A stretch of 64,000 nucleotides of DNA from an uncultured Gemmatimonadota bacterium. Lineage in GTDB: Bacteria > JAAXHH01. The stretch is taken from assembly GCA_951812955.1 (NCBI GenBank), contig OX638340.1:2656001-2720000 (forward strand), given 5' to 3'. This document shows positions 62,731-64,000 of the stretch, piece after piece; within the stretch, counting starts at the first letter, position 1; each line of letters opens with the position of its first letter. A model generated the notes under the pieces. It was not told the origin of the DNA. It was given only the letters and a program-made list of their open reading frames with translations, and searched no databases. Both the position numbers and the translations under genes were made by a program.

Positions 62731-64000
62731 ATGCGCGTACCCGTAATACTCGTATCGATACTTGCACTGGTCTCCTGCGGCGAGAGTGAACGCGCCGCCG
62801 AACAACCCGAGGCAGGGGGACGCGTAAACTCGATCGGCGTGGTCCTCCCGGATGACGCGGTGGACGCCTCCCGCCAGGTGCTGCGCTCCATGAGTCCCGA
62901 GCCCAAGAGCCTGGACCCCAGTATCGAACCCTACGATACCGAACAGACGATCCTGCCCTTTGAAGCGCTGCTGTTCAAGGACGAACACTGGAACCCGATC
63001 CCGGGCGCCGCGCACAGCTGGGGTTCGGAAGACGGCATTGTCTGGACCTTCAATCTCAGGTCCGGGATGCGCTGGAGCGACGGATCGCCTCTGACCGCGC
63101 ACGACTTCGTGTATTCCTATCGCCGGATGCTCAATCCCGAATCCACCAACATCTACGCCTTTTTCTACTACGACATCAAAAACGCCGAAGCCATCGTCAA
63201 AGGGGAGAACAAGGATATCGAGTCCCTGGGCATAAAGGCGGTGGATGACACGACCCTGGTCATCGAAACGGAAAAACGCGCACCTTACCTGCCCCATATC
63301 GTTTCCTTCGGCGACGCCATGCCGGTGCCGAAGCGGCTGGTGGACAAATACGGACGCAAGTGGACCGAGCCGGAGCACATCATCACCAATTCCGGCTTCA
63401 AAGTATCTGAATGGGTTCACGGCAGCCACATGACCCTCGTTCCCAATCCCTATTACAACGGCCCCCACAAGCCATTCCTGGAGAAGGTTATCCACCCCTT
63501 CCGAAACGCGGCCGCGGCGACCATACTTCCCTACGAGGGCGACGAAGTCGACATGGAGAACGTGGATATCAACGATCTGAATCGAATTGAAAGTGATCCT
63601 CAACTGAAGAAGGATCTCGTGCGATTCCACGGATTGAATACCTGGTATGTCTTTTTCAGGACGCAGTTGCCGCCGTTCAACGACATTCGCGTGCGGGAAG
63701 CCTTCACGCGGGTGATGGACCGTGAAAACATCTGCAACATCATCCTGCGGGGCGGAGCAGTTCCGGCCTATTCCATGATCCCGCCAGGATTCAAGGAATT
63801 CGAAGGCGACACGCACGCCGCGGTGCAGGGTTTCGATCCCGAACGGGCGCGGCAGCTGATGCGCGAAGCCGGATATCCCGGGGGACAGGGATTCCCCCGG
63901 CAGGAGCTGTGGCTGCGGGCGCCGACCCCCTCCGTCCGCCTCATCGGCGTGGCGATCCAGAGCATGCTGAAGGAGCATCTCGGCATCGAGGTGGACATCC
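62731..64000 (+). CDS. ABC transporter substrate-binding lipoprotein, family 5 (peptide/nickel/oligosaccharide type), 3'-truncated by the window end
   Basis: Lipobox ILALVSCGE. The frame is open to base 64000, with family-5 SBP blocks (...SMSPEPKSLDPSIEPYDTEQTIL...TFNLRSGMRWSDGSPLTAHDFVYSY...). It is not in the ORF track because no stop occurs within the window. The listed 62698-63978 minus ORF is its antisense shadow. Confidence 0.8.
   Translation, partial: MRVPVILVSILALVSCGESERAAEQPEAGGRVNSIGVVLPDDAVDASRQVLRSMSPEPKSLDPSIEPYDTEQTILPFEALLFKDEHWNPIPGAAHSWGSEDGIVWTFNLRSGMRWSDGSPLTAHDFVYSYRRMLNPESTNIYAFFYYDIKNAEAIVKGENKDIESLGIKAVDDTTLVIETEKRAPYLPHIVSFGDAMPVPKRLVDKYGRKWTEPEHIITNSGFKVSEWVHGSHMTLVPNPYYNGPHKPFLEKVIHPFRNAAAATILPYEGDEVDMENVDINDLNRIESDPQLKKDLVRFHGLNTWYVFFRTQLPPFNDIRVREAFTRVMDRENICNIILRGGAVPAYSMIPPGFKEFEGDTHAAVQGFDPERARQLMREAGYPGGQGFPRQELWLRAPTPSVRLIGVAIQSMLKEHLGIEVDI

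Noticed and set aside
62698-63978. 426-aa minus-strand ORF at the end of the window
   Set aside because: It is the antisense shadow of the plus-strand family-5 substrate-binding lipoprotein gene. That gene has a lipobox and conserved SBP blocks but no stop codon inside the window.
1-64000. CRISPR arrays, rRNA genes, transposases or integrases
   Set aside because: I scanned for regularly spaced direct repeats, rRNA-like conserved stretches, and DDE or tyrosine-recombinase motifs in all ORF translations. None were found. The low-GC islands have no recognisable mobility genes.

Overview
This is a 64 kb, high-GC (roughly 63-66%) bacterial chromosomal segment. It starts at a HindIII site (AAGCTT, position 1), probably a clone boundary, inside a truncated DASS-family transporter gene. 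It ends inside an ABC-transporter substrate-binding-protein gene. I can support about 55 protein-coding genes and 2 tRNA genes (tRNA-Leu UAA, tRNA-Val GAC).

Housekeeping genes: htpG, pyrD, hup (HU), type-II NADH dehydrogenase (ndh), rfbA, a dihydrolipoamide acyltransferase (E2), a TrmH-family RNA methyltransferase, two Gfo/Idh/MocA oxidoreductases and an M32 carboxypeptidase.

Accessory or lifestyle genes: four paralogous ~800-aa MacB/FtsX-type ABC permeases (three on + in the first 10.5 kb, one on -). A cobalt-type nitrile hydratase operon (alpha-beta-accessory) whose stop and start codons overlap as ATGA. Two BNR/sialidase genes, a Tat-signal glycosylasparaginase, uxuA, an enolase-superfamily dehydratase and AmpG. 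A cytochrome c-PCuAC fusion plus SCO1 copper-chaperone pair. Three paralogous 651-aa polytopic membrane proteins of unknown function, each sitting upstream of a BNR/sialidase-like gene. Two PhyH-family dioxygenases and two APH/CHK-like phosphotransferases.

Most interesting: two short low-GC mini-islands (about 23.46-25.0 kb and 35.07-36.43 kb). Each carries the same two-gene module, a ~65-75 aa protein with a PG[IV]KE motif plus an SDH/S49-type Clp-fold serine protease. Gene order is flipped between the two copies. In one copy the protease has a frameshift; the other copy is inserted exactly between the PCuAC and SCO1 genes. No integrase or recombinase is visible.

Other notable items: a ~220 bp direct repeat with a 67-bp identical core flanking a low-GC phosphotransferase cassette. 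In-frame tandem-repeat insertions inside ndh (5 x 24 bp) and inside a phosphohexomutase (G/D/R/E-rich). A metallophosphoesterase two-gene cassette next to the tRNA pair. A 10-codon leader ORF plus a 9-bp-stem hairpin upstream of pyrD. A perfect consensus sigma-70 promoter with an inverted-repeat operator upstream of htpG. No CRISPR array, rRNA or transposase was seen. Many long antisense shadow ORFs, expected at this GC content, were rejected.
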